IMG/VR virus record: IMGVR_UViG_3300010342_000180 | Strand: one strand, 5' to 3' | From: an uncultured virus (IMG/VR IMGVR_UViG_3300010342_000180) | Lineage: Duplodnaviria; Heunggongvirae; Uroviricota; Caudoviricetes | Length of the DNA: 64,000 bases | Part shown: positions 16,966 to 27,701 of the stretch, one piece after another | Position numbering within the stretch: the first letter of the stretch is position 1 | How the letters are laid out: each line of letters starts with the position of its first letter | Position numbers and translations under genes: made by a program | The notes under the pieces: model-generated | What the model was told of the DNA's origin: nothing | Databases searched by the model: none | Seen by the model: the letters and a program-made list of their open reading frames with translations, nothing else

Positions 16966-18164
16966 ATTTTTTCATCATTAATAATAGTGGGTCCTTCAAA
17001 ACTTCTATCGCCTAACGTCTTTGGTTCAAAAAATCTTTCGCCAAGCGGATGTGAACATAAATTTGGATTGTGACAACCTGTTTTAGCTACAGTAACACTA
17101 TGCCGTATGACAGGAAAAGTTGTAACACCGCAATTTTTATCCCACAATTCTTTAGTTTCAAAAAGATGATTTTCAGGTTCATATGGGACACAATACATTC
17201 TAATTTTTTTATCTCTAAAATATTTAGAAACTAATGCATCATCAGAATATGTTCTACCAAAATAATATTTAAAAAAATCATCATCAAATACGTATTTTCT
17301 ATATGATACCGATTTATAATGTTGAAGAGCATGTGTTTCTCTAATTTGCGTTACACATACTACCCAATCATCTCGTAAATCATCATACAATATAATTTCT
17401 GATCCTCTTCCTTCATAACAAATAACTCCATGAGTGGATATTTTACTATGATATTTTCTATGTTCAGAAATCATATCCGGATGATATACTAAGTCATCAT
17501 CAACAACAAGTATAATTGTATTATCATTTAACTCTTTTCTTTTTATTGTAGGTACAAATTTAGTTGGTGGTCCATAATCTTCCGTTCTAAAAATTTTTAA
17601 ATGTGGATATTTTATTTTGAATTCATATAACCATTTAGGTATAACATAAGGAAATTCGCTAAAAAGGCTATATTCTGGAATATTAAAATGTATTTGATAG
17701 TCATTGTCATTTTGTGTGCATAATGATTCTATAACAGATATTATTCCATCTTTATTTGAATCTGCCAGCCTTTCTGGCACCGTTGTTAATGTAATTACTA
17801 AACTAGGTTGTTTTTCTATACTTATATGATTTATTTTTTTTTCCGGAAAACCTTCATGATATCTTGAATTAATTTCATTTTTGATATTTATTCGTAAAAT
17901 ATTCAAAGTTCTAACTTGTAACGCTCGTTGGCCCACCTCACTTAATCCTAAAATATCTTCATTACCATTTCTAATATCGGCCTCAATATCCCATATTTCC
18001 TCATGTAGTTTATAAAGAGCATCTATATATAAATCGATATGTTCATATTTTTTTATTTCGGATAAATAAATTTCTTGTTCGGCAAAATTATTAATTTTCA
18101 TCCTTTCAGATTTTAATTTGCCTATCGTATATTTATCGACAATATCACCAATTGATAATTTCAT
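16962..18164 (-). CDS. DUF6165-like helical domain fused to a GT-A glycosyltransferase
   Basis: SIGDIVDKYTI; VITLTTVPERL...DYGPPTK...VDDDLVY...SDD. Confidence 0.7.
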   Translation of the reverse strand: MKLSIGDIVDKYTIGKLKSERMKINNFAEQEIYLSEIKKYEHIDLYIDALYKLHEEIWDIEADIRNGNEDILGLSEVGQRALQVRTLNILRINIKNEINSRYHEGFPEKKINHISIEKQPSLVITLTTVPERLADSNKDGIISVIESLCTQNDNDYQIHFNIPEYSLFSEFPYVIPKWLYEFKIKYPHLKIFRTEDYGPPTKFVPTIKRKELNDNTIILVVDDDLVYHPDMISEHRKYHSKISTHGVICYEGRGSEIILYDDLRDDWVVCVTQIRETHALQHYKSVSYRKYVFDDDFFKYYFGRTYSDDALVSKYFRDKKIRMYCVPYEPENHLFETKELWDKNCGVTTFPVIRHSVTVAKTGCHNPNLCSHPLGERFFEPKTLGDRSFEGPTIINDEKM

Positions 18165-18194
18165 GTTATTTATTTTATATTAATTATTTTATAT

Positions 18195-21100
18195 TTAATT
18201 TTCTCGTCTTTCTTCTGGTTCATACCAAATAATTCTATCATGCCAGATTGGTGATGCTAAAAGAATACCAGCGCTTAATGTCCCGTCTTTCATTAAATTA
18301 TAAACATGAGAACTCCATGTTTGTTCATATGGATGTGCCCATTTTGTATCTATAAATATTTTTTTATTTCCATTTTTTGATACTATCATAGGCCAATTTG
18401 CATAATTAACATCCCCAATCAAATAAGATAATCCTTCATAATTTTTAATATATTGATATTTTGCTAGCGGTGAATTAGGATCCAAACCGCTTATAGGCAA
18501 TTGATTGTAATCGGGCCAGTCCCTATCGCGTACAGATTGTGGAACATTATACCACGGAAGCGATTTATCATTATCAAAATAAACTTCAGTAAATGATAAT
18601 TTCAAAAAATCAAATTTTTCTTTTATAATTATTTTATGAACAAGAGTATATAAATTTGGTACATATTTTCTAAAACCATTTCTACAAAACTCGCCAGTAA
18701 ATTCAGGTGGATTAATAGTCATATCATCTTCAAAGAAAAACATAAAATCAGCATCAGAATCATGAAAATGTTCTGCCGCTTTTTGTCTACCACCACATAT
18801 TCCTGTATTATCTCCCATTGGAATATATTCCATTTTATATTTTTCTGCAATTATTTTATTACCTTCAATAGCTTCACTTTTTGTTGAATTATCAATTAAT
18901 ACTAGATGTGGTTTATTTAACCATTCTGGAATTTTTTCCATAGTATTAATAGTATGTTGAAGTTGTTGTGGAAAATTAAAAGTCAAAATATAAAGATTAG
19001 TTTTATATTTATTAAGTTCATTGTTACTAATAATTAATTTCCTTTGTTTTGGTACTGGTTCTAAATTAACATTATCATTAATTAAATCATCAATAAATTT
19101 TCCTATTAAACCATTTTCATCCAATGAATATCTTCTATATATATCTGGTTCTCGGTAAGCCATAATAGCAAATATACTTTCTTCAGTACCCATATATCCA
19201 TCATTAAGTGTTTGATGTAACATTGCATAATATGTACTATTTGCCATATGAATTATATCCTTTTTACCGCCAAATAATCCACCTCTACAAACATATTTTA
19301 CAGTATTTCCGGCATATCTATTTATTGTTTCAAAATCGAAACCATGAATTTCATTAGTTGCTTCATATGGATATGATAAGAATAAAAAGTCATCTAAATA
19401 TGGATTTATTTTATCTAATGCTCTTTTATCGGTAAATAATTTTTCATATACTGTACTAGTAATTCCTGCATCTAGCCATATAAAATATTCTGTATTAAAT
19501 GGGTTCCATATTGTAGCGTCATTAAGCAAAAACATTTTTGATTGAACAATTGGATTATAATATTCTAATGTCGCTTGAGGACTAGAAGCTAACCACCCAT
19601 TTTCTCCTGTTTGATTAAACCACATAGGATCTGTACGAATATTTTGAGTTTTATCCCAAAATGGTGAATACATTTTATTAATATAATCAAGATTAGCTAT
19701 TTTAACATATGTATTTTCTTCTGATCTTATTTCCCAAATTAAATATTCATATTCTTCAGGTATGTAAATAAACATATTAACAGGGATTTCTAGAAATCTT
19801 TTAAAATGATCAATATAATGACTAAAATCTCTGCCAGGTCTATTAATATTCCATAATCCAGTAACAACAGTAAGTGACTTATTACTAACATTAATTTCCG
19901 TCTTCATTGATCCTGATTTAACAAAATCTTCAAAATTTTTAAGATCTCCTTGTTTATTGCCACTTTTTCTAATAAAAATTATATCACCTTTATAATAATA
20001 TTCATGTTCAGATATAATTTCCATTAATTCTTCATGATACTTAAGAAATATATGAGAATCACTATCACCAATACAATTTTCAATAATATATAATCCGTTA
20101 TTAGATAAATAAGGAAATAAATTTTTTAATGTCTGTAATTGGGCTTCTCCAGTATGATTACCATCATCAATTATTATATCAAAAGATAATGGAGTAAAAT
20201 GTTCATTACATTTATCAATATCCCTCGAATCAAAAATATATGTTGTTATTCTATCTTCATGAAAATAACATGACGGATCAATATCAACACCATATACATG
20301 AGCATTTTCAAAATAATCTCTCCACGCTCTCAATGATCCACCTGGTTTATATTGAGGATAATATTCAAATATATCTGGTATAGAAAATTCATATTTACTA
20401 TCAGTTGATCCGATTCCTATTTCTAATATTGTAGTTACTTTAGATTTAAGATTTTCAAAAAGTTGATCATATAATTTACAATAATTAGCAATTTTTTTAT
20501 TTGAACCATATTTTTCAATATAATATGTAATATTTTCTATTATTTGATCTTCTTCTTGTGTTTTAAAATTATCTATTGATTCTGTTTTAGATAACGCATT
20601 ATCATTTTTCTTGTTTTTAACATTACCAAATAAATTGTTTTTTTCTGGTTTAATAATTGGTTGCGGTATAATTTGTTCAACATTTATCTTATTCCATATT
20701 GATTGAAGTACGCCATCAATATTATCTCCAATTTCAACAACATATCCATTTTGTTCCAATTTAGTTTTAATCAAATCTTTTTCACTATTTGTCAAATTAA
20801 TATATTCTAATCTTATAAAATATGGATGATATTTAATAAAATCAAAATTTTTAAAAATTTCCCAATCATATCCTTCTGCATCGCATATGAATATATCAAC
20901 TTTAGATAAATTATGTTTTTTAAATAATGTATCAAGTGTTAAACATGGAACAAGAACTGTTACGCCAAATTTATTTTTGACATCAATATCATTTTGAAAA
21001 TCACTTCCGAATCCATTTCTAGGTGGATATTGAGTACTAACACCTTTAAAACCTGGATGTAAACCTTCTTTTTCTATAACATCTAATGGTACGGTTAGCA

Positions 21101-21350
21101 TTTCTATTTGTCCATCATGATTACCAATAGCAGATTGTTCAAATATATAATTTTCTCTATCTTTAAAATTATTTTTAAGTTCATTAAATATTTCTGGTAT
21201 TGGTTCTACAAGTAATGCGTCCCATTGATACTTATCAAGATATTCTCTTGTTTCATCAAAATTAATACCATCCATTGCGCCAATTTGAATAGTAAAAACA
21301 TTTTTTATATTATTACCAATATAGTGTAATGATTTAGATATTAAATTCAT
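18195..21350 (-). CDS. Multidomain protein: FkbM methyltransferase, SAM methyltransferase, HtrL/WlaTC-like GT and GT-A
   Basis: QIGAMDG/LVEP/DAEGYD; LEIGIG/GVDI/DIIIDDGNH; TVVTGLWNI/FIWLDAGI/GTEE; FFFEDDM. Confidence 0.8.
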   Translation of the reverse strand: MNLISKSLHYIGNNIKNVFTIQIGAMDGINFDETREYLDKYQWDALLVEPIPEIFNELKNNFKDRENYIFEQSAIGNHDGQIEMLTVPLDVIEKEGLHPGFKGVSTQYPPRNGFGSDFQNDIDVKNKFGVTVLVPCLTLDTLFKKHNLSKVDIFICDAEGYDWEIFKNFDFIKYHPYFIRLEYINLTNSEKDLIKTKLEQNGYVVEIGDNIDGVLQSIWNKINVEQIIPQPIIKPEKNNLFGNVKNKKNDNALSKTESIDNFKTQEEDQIIENITYYIEKYGSNKKIANYCKLYDQLFENLKSKVTTILEIGIGSTDSKYEFSIPDIFEYYPQYKPGGSLRAWRDYFENAHVYGVDIDPSCYFHEDRITTYIFDSRDIDKCNEHFTPLSFDIIIDDGNHTGEAQLQTLKNLFPYLSNNGLYIIENCIGDSDSHIFLKYHEELMEIISEHEYYYKGDIIFIRKSGNKQGDLKNFEDFVKSGSMKTEINVSNKSLTVVTGLWNINRPGRDFSHYIDHFKRFLEIPVNMFIYIPEEYEYLIWEIRSEENTYVKIANLDYINKMYSPFWDKTQNIRTDPMWFNQTGENGWLASSPQATLEYYNPIVQSKMFLLNDATIWNPFNTEYFIWLDAGITSTVYEKLFTDKRALDKINPYLDDFLFLSYPYEATNEIHGFDFETINRYAGNTVKYVCRGGLFGGKKDIIHMANSTYYAMLHQTLNDGYMGTEESIFAIMAYREPDIYRRYSLDENGLIGKFIDDLINDNVNLEPVPKQRKLIISNNELNKYKTNLYILTFNFPQQLQHTINTMEKIPEWLNKPHLVLIDNSTKSEAIEGNKIIAEKYKMEYIPMGDNTGICGGRQKAAEHFHDSDADFMFFFEDDMTINPPEFTGEFCRNGFRKYVPNLYTLVHKIIIKEKFDFLKLSFTEVYFDNDKSLPWYNVPQSVRDRDWPDYNQLPISGLDPNSPLAKYQYIKNYEGLSYLIGDVNYANWPMIVSKNGNKKIFIDTKWAHPYEQTWSSHVYNLMKDGTLSAGILLASPIWHDRIIWYEPEERREN

Positions 21351-21370
21351 AATATAATATTTTTATTATT

Positions 21371-22714
21371 TTATTGTTTTATTGTTTTATTATTAAAAAT
21401 TTTTAAAAATGGATATTTTAGTTGATATTCCATTAACCAATTTGGTATTCTGTATTCATCATTATTTTTAGAAATATTAATATGAATTTCATAATTATTC
21501 GTATATTCCATGCATAATAATTTAATTATTTTATGTATACCCACTTCTGATTCATCATTTAAATTTTCTGGTGTTACCATTAATGAAATTATTATCAAAT
21601 CATCTTTTTTAAATCCTTCGTTATATTTTAAATTTATTTCATTTATAAGATCAGTTCTTAAATTGTTCATATCTCTAATTTTTATAGCACATTTTCCAAT
21701 TTCTTTTAATCCGCCGAATGGTGTTTTTTTATCGTTGATATCAATCTCAGTTTCCAAATTCCATATTTTTTTATTTATATCATATAATTTTTCAACATAA
21801 GGTGAAATATCTTGATATTCATTCATTGCATTATATAATTCATACATTTCGCCCGAAACATTAATATCACCATTTTCAGATTTTAATTTACATATAGTAT
21901 ATCTATCTACAATATCACCAATCAACATTTGTAAAGGTGTGTTTTGAATTACTTGTGACATATTATTTTTTAGAAAAGTTAACTTATAATCGGGTTTTTC
22001 TTTATTATTTGGTAAATCTAAATTAGCTATTGGATAATCTTGATAATCGGGTTCATATTTATCCACAAATTTTTTATTAATAAATGATAATTCAAGTGTT
22101 ACTGGCATTTCATAATCATCTATTTTTTTTATTTCACTCCAATTATTCCCATGTATGTGATATAATATAAAATATTTATTAATTTCATTCAATATTTTAA
22201 TAGCTTCATTTTTATAACCATCTATCCAATGAATTTCTAAAATTATACCCATTACTATATTGGATAATTCTGTTATATTAGTATTTTGAAAATACGGATA
22301 TTCATTTCCTTCAATATCTATTTTTAAAAGAACATAACCATTAATGTTATGTTCGTTATAATGTTGAATGAAATCTTTACAATTTTCTTTATGTCCTAAT
22401 CCTTCTGGAAAAAAATAACATTGAATACTTTTTAAATATGCTAACACATTTGTATATCGCTCTATTTCTTCTTCACCTACTCTTAATGCCAGTCCTTCCG
22501 AAGTATGATCAAACATGTAACTTGGTTTTTTATATTGAATACTAAAATCTTCTTCAAAACGTGTATCATTTCCAATCCCATATGAAAATAGAGCTGAGCA
22601 ATTTTCACAAATATATTCTGCAACCACATATCCACCATCGTTAGAAGGTCCTAATCTTTTTTTTGTTTTAAAAATATTTTGTGGTCTTAATAATTCAATT
22701 ATATTATTTGTCAT
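21371..22714 (-). CDS. FkbM-like methyltransferase fused to DUF6165-like and partial GT domains
   Basis: RLGPSNDGGY, SYGIG, LLKIDIEGNE, HIHGNN; later IGDIVDRYTI. Confidence 0.7.
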   Translation of the reverse strand: MTNNIIELLRPQNIFKTKKRLGPSNDGGYVVAEYICENCSALFSYGIGNDTRFEEDFSIQYKKPSYMFDHTSEGLALRVGEEEIERYTNVLAYLKSIQCYFFPEGLGHKENCKDFIQHYNEHNINGYVLLKIDIEGNEYPYFQNTNITELSNIVMGIILEIHWIDGYKNEAIKILNEINKYFILYHIHGNNWSEIKKIDDYEMPVTLELSFINKKFVDKYEPDYQDYPIANLDLPNNKEKPDYKLTFLKNNMSQVIQNTPLQMLIGDIVDRYTICKLKSENGDINVSGEMYELYNAMNEYQDISPYVEKLYDINKKIWNLETEIDINDKKTPFGGLKEIGKCAIKIRDMNNLRTDLINEINLKYNEGFKKDDLIIISLMVTPENLNDESEVGIHKIIKLLCMEYTNNYEIHINISKNNDEYRIPNWLMEYQLKYPFLKIFNNKTIKQ

Positions 22715-22717
22715 TTT

Positions 22718-23557
22718 TTATATTTTTATTAATTTATTTATTTGTATTCTTTCAGTATAAAAAACACTAGCTTTACCTTCAGGTGTAGTATAATCTAAAA
22801 GTAGATCATTTACTAATTTTTCTTTTTCTATATTTTGATGTTTCATAATATTATGTTCAATTTGAAATGGTAATTTTTTAATTATTGGAAAAATTAAACG
22901 ATCTGAATGTCTAAAATCTGTTTCATTATCCCATGTTGAACATAATACAAAAATTTCATGTTTTTTTAAATAGTATGCCATTATTAAATCATCATTATTT
23001 ATTAGTCCCCACACATTTTCATCAAAATCATTTTCAAAATATGATCTTTTATATGATACAGAATAATGGTGATATGGAATAAGTAAATATCGATCATGAT
23101 TAAGTGGAAAAGGCGCATCTAAACGACGCATGACAAACTTATTTAATCCATTTTCTATATATTTTCGTTTATCTAACCCAACTTCACCTTTAAAACATAT
23201 GACATGATATGGATATTCATTCATTTTTTTAATATGATATTCTAGCATGTTAGGATCGTAAACATAATTATCACTACAAACAATTATAATATCATCATTA
23301 TCTGCAGCAACACGATTTATAGTGCCAATAATATTAGTAATATGACCATAATCATTAACCCTGTTATTAATTACTAAATTGGGTATATTTTTAACAAATT
23401 CAAATAATCTAGTTGGTATTAAACAATTATTAGGAATTGACAATATAACACAATAATTTTTTTTAGTGTTTTGATATACTAATGAAATTAAATTTTCTTT
23501 TAGTAATTCTAATTGATTAAATCTATCTGGTGTTGTTGTTAATGAAATATATATCAT
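22718..23557 (-). CDS. GT-A glycosyltransferase-like protein (degenerate DxD)
   Basis: YISLTTTPDRF...DYG; paralog of neighbouring genes. Confidence 0.65.
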   Translation of the reverse strand: MIYISLTTTPDRFNQLELLKENLISLVYQNTKKNYCVILSIPNNCLIPTRLFEFVKNIPNLVINNRVNDYGHITNIIGTINRVAADNDDIIIVCSDNYVYDPNMLEYHIKKMNEYPYHVICFKGEVGLDKRKYIENGLNKFVMRRLDAPFPLNHDRYLLIPYHHYSVSYKRSYFENDFDENVWGLINNDDLIMAYYLKKHEIFVLCSTWDNETDFRHSDRLIFPIIKKLPFQIEHNIMKHQNIEKEKLVNDLLLDYTTPEGKASVFYTERIQINKLIKI

Positions 23558-24423
23558 GGTTCTTTTTCTATATAAACAAAACTATTATCATAAAGAAAGT
23601 TCATTAATTCATCACTTTGATATCCGTGAATAGTTTGTAGATGTTTTTTCCTGATTAAATCTCCGGCTGTTTTTTCTGGATATGTTAATGGCATAACTGA
23701 TGGAAAATGCCAAAATGGATTTGGACTTCCTTCATCTCGTATGGGTCTAAAATCTTCTTGTTTGTCCCACATTACACATAATGCCCAAATTTGATGCTTT
23801 TTTAAATAATAACCCATTAATGGATCATCGCCATCAGCTAATGCGAAAAGCTTTTCATTAAAATCGTCTTTAAAATAATATCTTCTATAACTTACAGATA
23901 ATACATGACCCGGTGATACAGCATACGTATCTTGTTGTAACGGAAAATATACAGTGGTGTCATAAAATTTAAATTTTTTTATACCATCTATATCAATAAA
24001 TGTTCTTTTTTCTATTGCTCTATCGGTAGTAAAACAAATTACATGTTCAGGATGCTCATTCAATTTTTTTACATGATATTCAATCATATCCGGATGATAA
24101 ATTTGATCATCATCTAATGCGATTATAATATCATTTGGATTTTCTGCAAAATTTAATGCCCCATATATCTTAATAATTGGGCCGTAATCATATATTTTTC
24201 TATTAATAATTAATTTTGGATATGCCTTTGCAAAATCCATTAATTTATCAGGAATTATATATTCAGCATTATCATCCATAACATAACGATCTGGTATATT
24301 GAGAATAACATAATATTCTTTATTTGTATTTTGATTTACTAATGATTCTAAATTTTTACTAAATATTTCCCAATATTTAAGCCGTTTTGGAACTGATGTT
24401 AATGAAATATATATCATAACCAA
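23554..24423 (-). CDS. GT-A glycosyltransferase
   Basis: YISLTSVPKRL...DYGPIIK...IALDDDQIY...GDD. Confidence 0.7.
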   Translation of the reverse strand: MVMIYISLTSVPKRLKYWEIFSKNLESLVNQNTNKEYYVILNIPDRYVMDDNAEYIIPDKLMDFAKAYPKLIINRKIYDYGPIIKIYGALNFAENPNDIIIALDDDQIYHPDMIEYHVKKLNEHPEHVICFTTDRAIEKRTFIDIDGIKKFKFYDTTVYFPLQQDTYAVSPGHVLSVSYRRYYFKDDFNEKLFALADGDDPLMGYYLKKHQIWALCVMWDKQEDFRPIRDEGSPNPFWHFPSVMPLTYPEKTAGDLIRKKHLQTIHGYQSDELMNFLYDNSFVYIEKEP

Positions 24424-26381
24424 TTATTTAACTCTAATAATTCATAAGTATTCTTTATTATTTGATTCATAGTACAATTTTTTTCATAATACGATCTGGC
24501 ATTTTGTGCTATAAATTTTAAAAATTCATCATCATTTAAAACTTCTTGATACCTCTTTACAATTAATTTTGCGTGTTCTTCAATACCTTGACTATAACTC
24601 ACCATATCGTCTGGTCTAGGTATAGATATATAATGATAATTCGGAATTAATGGATCATGCATTTTGGAAACATATTCAAATCTTAAGATTGGAATTCCCA
24701 CGCCAAAACATTCAATATCTCTATAGCAAAATTCACCTCTACCATCAATGGATATTGATATTTTATATTTTATAATCTCATCAAAATAATCATCTCTTGA
24801 TATTATATTAAAATTTGTTATAAGATTTTTATCAATGTAACTAAGAATATTCCTATTAGTTAATTCCCCTCTAAAATATAACTTATTTTCTGTTGGTTGT
24901 GTAACTAATCTTTTTTTATAATATTTTTCTAAATCAATATTATTATTAAATATAAAATATGTCCAGGGATTATATTTATAACGAAACTCAGGAATAATAT
25001 GATAATCAATTTCTGACTGAAGATATTGAGATATCAACACTTTTTTTAATTTTGGATTCATTTGTTCATTTATTACTCCTCTTGTTATCAAATCTGCAAC
25101 CGACATAATTACAAACTCTCCATTATGCAAATTTTCAATAAGATATTCACATTCTAATAATCCATAATCATTATTATTATATGTACCATGTACTAAATTA
25201 ATTTTGCTATAACTAATATGTGCATTTTCAGATTCTCTATTTTCAAACACAATAAAATATTTTTTTAAATATTCAGTAAATTCATCCCAAAAATCATTAT
25301 AAAATCTATTGTGTTTAGTATATTTATTTTGGGGATTATGGACTAATATCTTAATTTTGGGTTTAGTTTGTTTAGTATTTATAATTAAATTTGAAGGTTT
25401 CCAGTACTCATATAAATTATTATCTATTTCGAAACTTTTCCATTCATATCTTTTTCTATTAGGTTGTTTTTTGGCCCATTCCCACATATTTTTCAATCCA
25501 GTTTCAAGAGAGGTCTTATCTAAATATCCAAGTAATTCGACAGATTTTTGCCATGTGGAATAAGCTTCATATACTTCAAATCTATTTTCTTTATATATAA
25601 CATTATTGTTTTCAATTATATTACATAAAATTCGATTAGCTTCATTTATTGTATAAAATTTTGTTCCGCCTAAATTAATTATCTCTTTTGAACAACTATC
25701 TGATTGCGACGCAATCCATAAAGGTTCTAAACAATCATCAATATAACTAAATGATCTTTTTTGCTCGCCATCACCAAAAATTGTTATTGGCATACCATTT
25801 AAATGTTGATACATCCATATTCCAAGAACATTTCTATATTTATCCCATATGTTTTGTTTTATTCCATATACATTATGTGGGCGAATTATACACCAATCTA
25901 GCCCATGTTGGTTACCGGCGGTCATAATATCCATTTCACAAGCATATTTTGCTATACCATATGGATCAATTGGTGATGGGATATAGGTTTCATCAAAAGG
26001 AAGTTTATTTTTACCATAAACAGCCATACTTGATGTAAAAATTAATCTTTTTACATTATATTTAATACAATTATTTATAATATTAGCTGTCGAAATTAAA
26101 TTATTCGCATAATTAAATTTTCTTATAAATGGTGATAATCCTTCAGCAGCATATGCGGCAAAATGATATACATAATCAATATTATGTCTTATGAAACATT
26201 TTTCTATTGAATTTTGTGATAAATCTAGCATATAAAAAATAATATTATCATTTATATTATCTTTCCATCCGCTAGATAGATTATCAATACCAATAATTTG
26301 TACTTCTGGATAATTTTCAATTATCCAATCAGATAATCTAGATCCCAATAAACCAGCAACTCCGGTTATTAATATTGTCAT
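24414..26381 (-). CDS. NAD-dependent nucleotide-sugar epimerase/dehydratase fused to a GT-like C-terminal domain
   Basis: ILITGVAGLLG, YGIAK, RPHNVYG; C-terminal LYFRG...ISIDGRGEFCYRDIE. Confidence 0.8.
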   Translation of the reverse strand: MTILITGVAGLLGSRLSDWIIENYPEVQIIGIDNLSSGWKDNINDNIIFYMLDLSQNSIEKCFIRHNIDYVYHFAAYAAEGLSPFIRKFNYANNLISTANIINNCIKYNVKRLIFTSSMAVYGKNKLPFDETYIPSPIDPYGIAKYACEMDIMTAGNQHGLDWCIIRPHNVYGIKQNIWDKYRNVLGIWMYQHLNGMPITIFGDGEQKRSFSYIDDCLEPLWIASQSDSCSKEIINLGGTKFYTINEANRILCNIIENNNVIYKENRFEVYEAYSTWQKSVELLGYLDKTSLETGLKNMWEWAKKQPNRKRYEWKSFEIDNNLYEYWKPSNLIINTKQTKPKIKILVHNPQNKYTKHNRFYNDFWDEFTEYLKKYFIVFENRESENAHISYSKINLVHGTYNNNDYGLLECEYLIENLHNGEFVIMSVADLITRGVINEQMNPKLKKVLISQYLQSEIDYHIIPEFRYKYNPWTYFIFNNNIDLEKYYKKRLVTQPTENKLYFRGELTNRNILSYIDKNLITNFNIISRDDYFDEIIKYKISISIDGRGEFCYRDIECFGVGIPILRFEYVSKMHDPLIPNYHYISIPRPDDMVSYSQGIEEHAKLIVKRYQEVLNDDEFLKFIAQNARSYYEKNCTMNQIIKNTYELLELNNWL

Positions 26382-27700
26382 TTTATTGGTAATTCAAATC
26401 TGTCTGACCACCCAGTTGTATTATTATATGCCCAAAAAACAATTCGAACCGGATCTTTATCTGTTAAAAACATTTCTTCATAATGTATCGGCTCACCTTT
26501 TTCCATAAAATTTTTTAATTGAATTCCATCTATCGATTTTTGATGCATTCCGATACCATTTTCATCATCAAATGCAACTAATATACTATCATAATTATTA
26601 CCGGGTAAATTGTACCTTTCAAGATTAACTAAATGATAAAAAGAATGCATGAACGAATCTTCCCACTCTTTTTCAGATTTATATGGGTATGGATTAGGTG
26701 GAAATCCGTGTTCAATAGTATATTTTTGAAATGCTCTTTTTTTGAAATGTATACCAGCGTATTTTTCGTAATCACGCAAAGTTCTAACAGTTCCTAGATC
26801 ATATCCTGTTAAGTCAAAACCATTATCTTCAACTCTTAATAATTGTCTTATTTTAGCTCGAGCTCTATCTTGTGCCGGTCCAAATGAATAATCACCTCTT
26901 TTATATTGATCATCCCAAAATAATATTCCGTCTCTTTCTGTCCTCATTGTAGCATGCCATATAATATTTCTATGGGGATGAAACAAATCATAACCACTTG
27001 TAAATGATCTAACAGTTAAATTAATTTCTTCGCCGCTAAAATATAATTCAGGATCATGTCTTACCTCCCTAGCCCATTTATTTGGTCCAAAAGCAAAATG
27101 GCCAGATAAAAATCTTGCTGGAAATGGCCTATGTAAACTTTGCCAATTAGATATTCCACAAGGTCTAATAAATATTGTTCCAAATGGATAAAAACATGCC
27201 GCTTCCGATAACCATGGTTCCATTGTTCTCCTTGCAGGATCATCAAATGGATCATAATATGGTAAATATCCACAAATTAGTGGATTATATCCATCATTTT
27301 TTAAATCATAATACCAGTCTAATAATGTCGTATCCCAATTTTTAATAAATCTATGATGAGAATCAAGCTGACACACAAATTCTTCATCTTCTAGTAATGT
27401 ATCGTTAATAATTGCTCTAGCATATGGTAATCCTTTAGCTTCAGTATATAACATATTGTGAACTTTGATACGCTTATCATTTTTAAATTCGTCAAGATTA
27501 TCAAAGCCATCATCAGGATTATATTGCCTACATATACCAAAAGTTAATCTTTCGGGATGTGTTGCATTTTCTAAAGCGCTTTTTATTGTTGGAATTAATT
27601 CTGGCTCTCTATATGCTGGAAGATGTAACATTATTCTTTCTTTATCATGATTTTTTAATACTGCCATATATTCCAAACTATTTATAGATATTTTTTTCAT
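26378..27700 (-). CDS. GT60-like GlcNAc transferase (Skp1-hydroxyproline GlcNAcT family)
   Basis: AYREPEL, QLDSHHRF, YFSGEE, GYDLFHP. Confidence 0.8.
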   Translation of the reverse strand: MKKISINSLEYMAVLKNHDKERIMLHLPAYREPELIPTIKSALENATHPERLTFGICRQYNPDDGFDNLDEFKNDKRIKVHNMLYTEAKGLPYARAIINDTLLEDEEFVCQLDSHHRFIKNWDTTLLDWYYDLKNDGYNPLICGYLPYYDPFDDPARRTMEPWLSEAACFYPFGTIFIRPCGISNWQSLHRPFPARFLSGHFAFGPNKWAREVRHDPELYFSGEEINLTVRSFTSGYDLFHPHRNIIWHATMRTERDGILFWDDQYKRGDYSFGPAQDRARAKIRQLLRVEDNGFDLTGYDLGTVRTLRDYEKYAGIHFKKRAFQKYTIEHGFPPNPYPYKSEKEWEDSFMHSFYHLVNLERYNLPGNNYDSILVAFDDENGIGMHQKSIDGIQLKNFMEKGEPIHYEEMFLTDKDPVRIVFWAYNNTTGWSDRFELPIK

Positions 27701-27701
27701 A

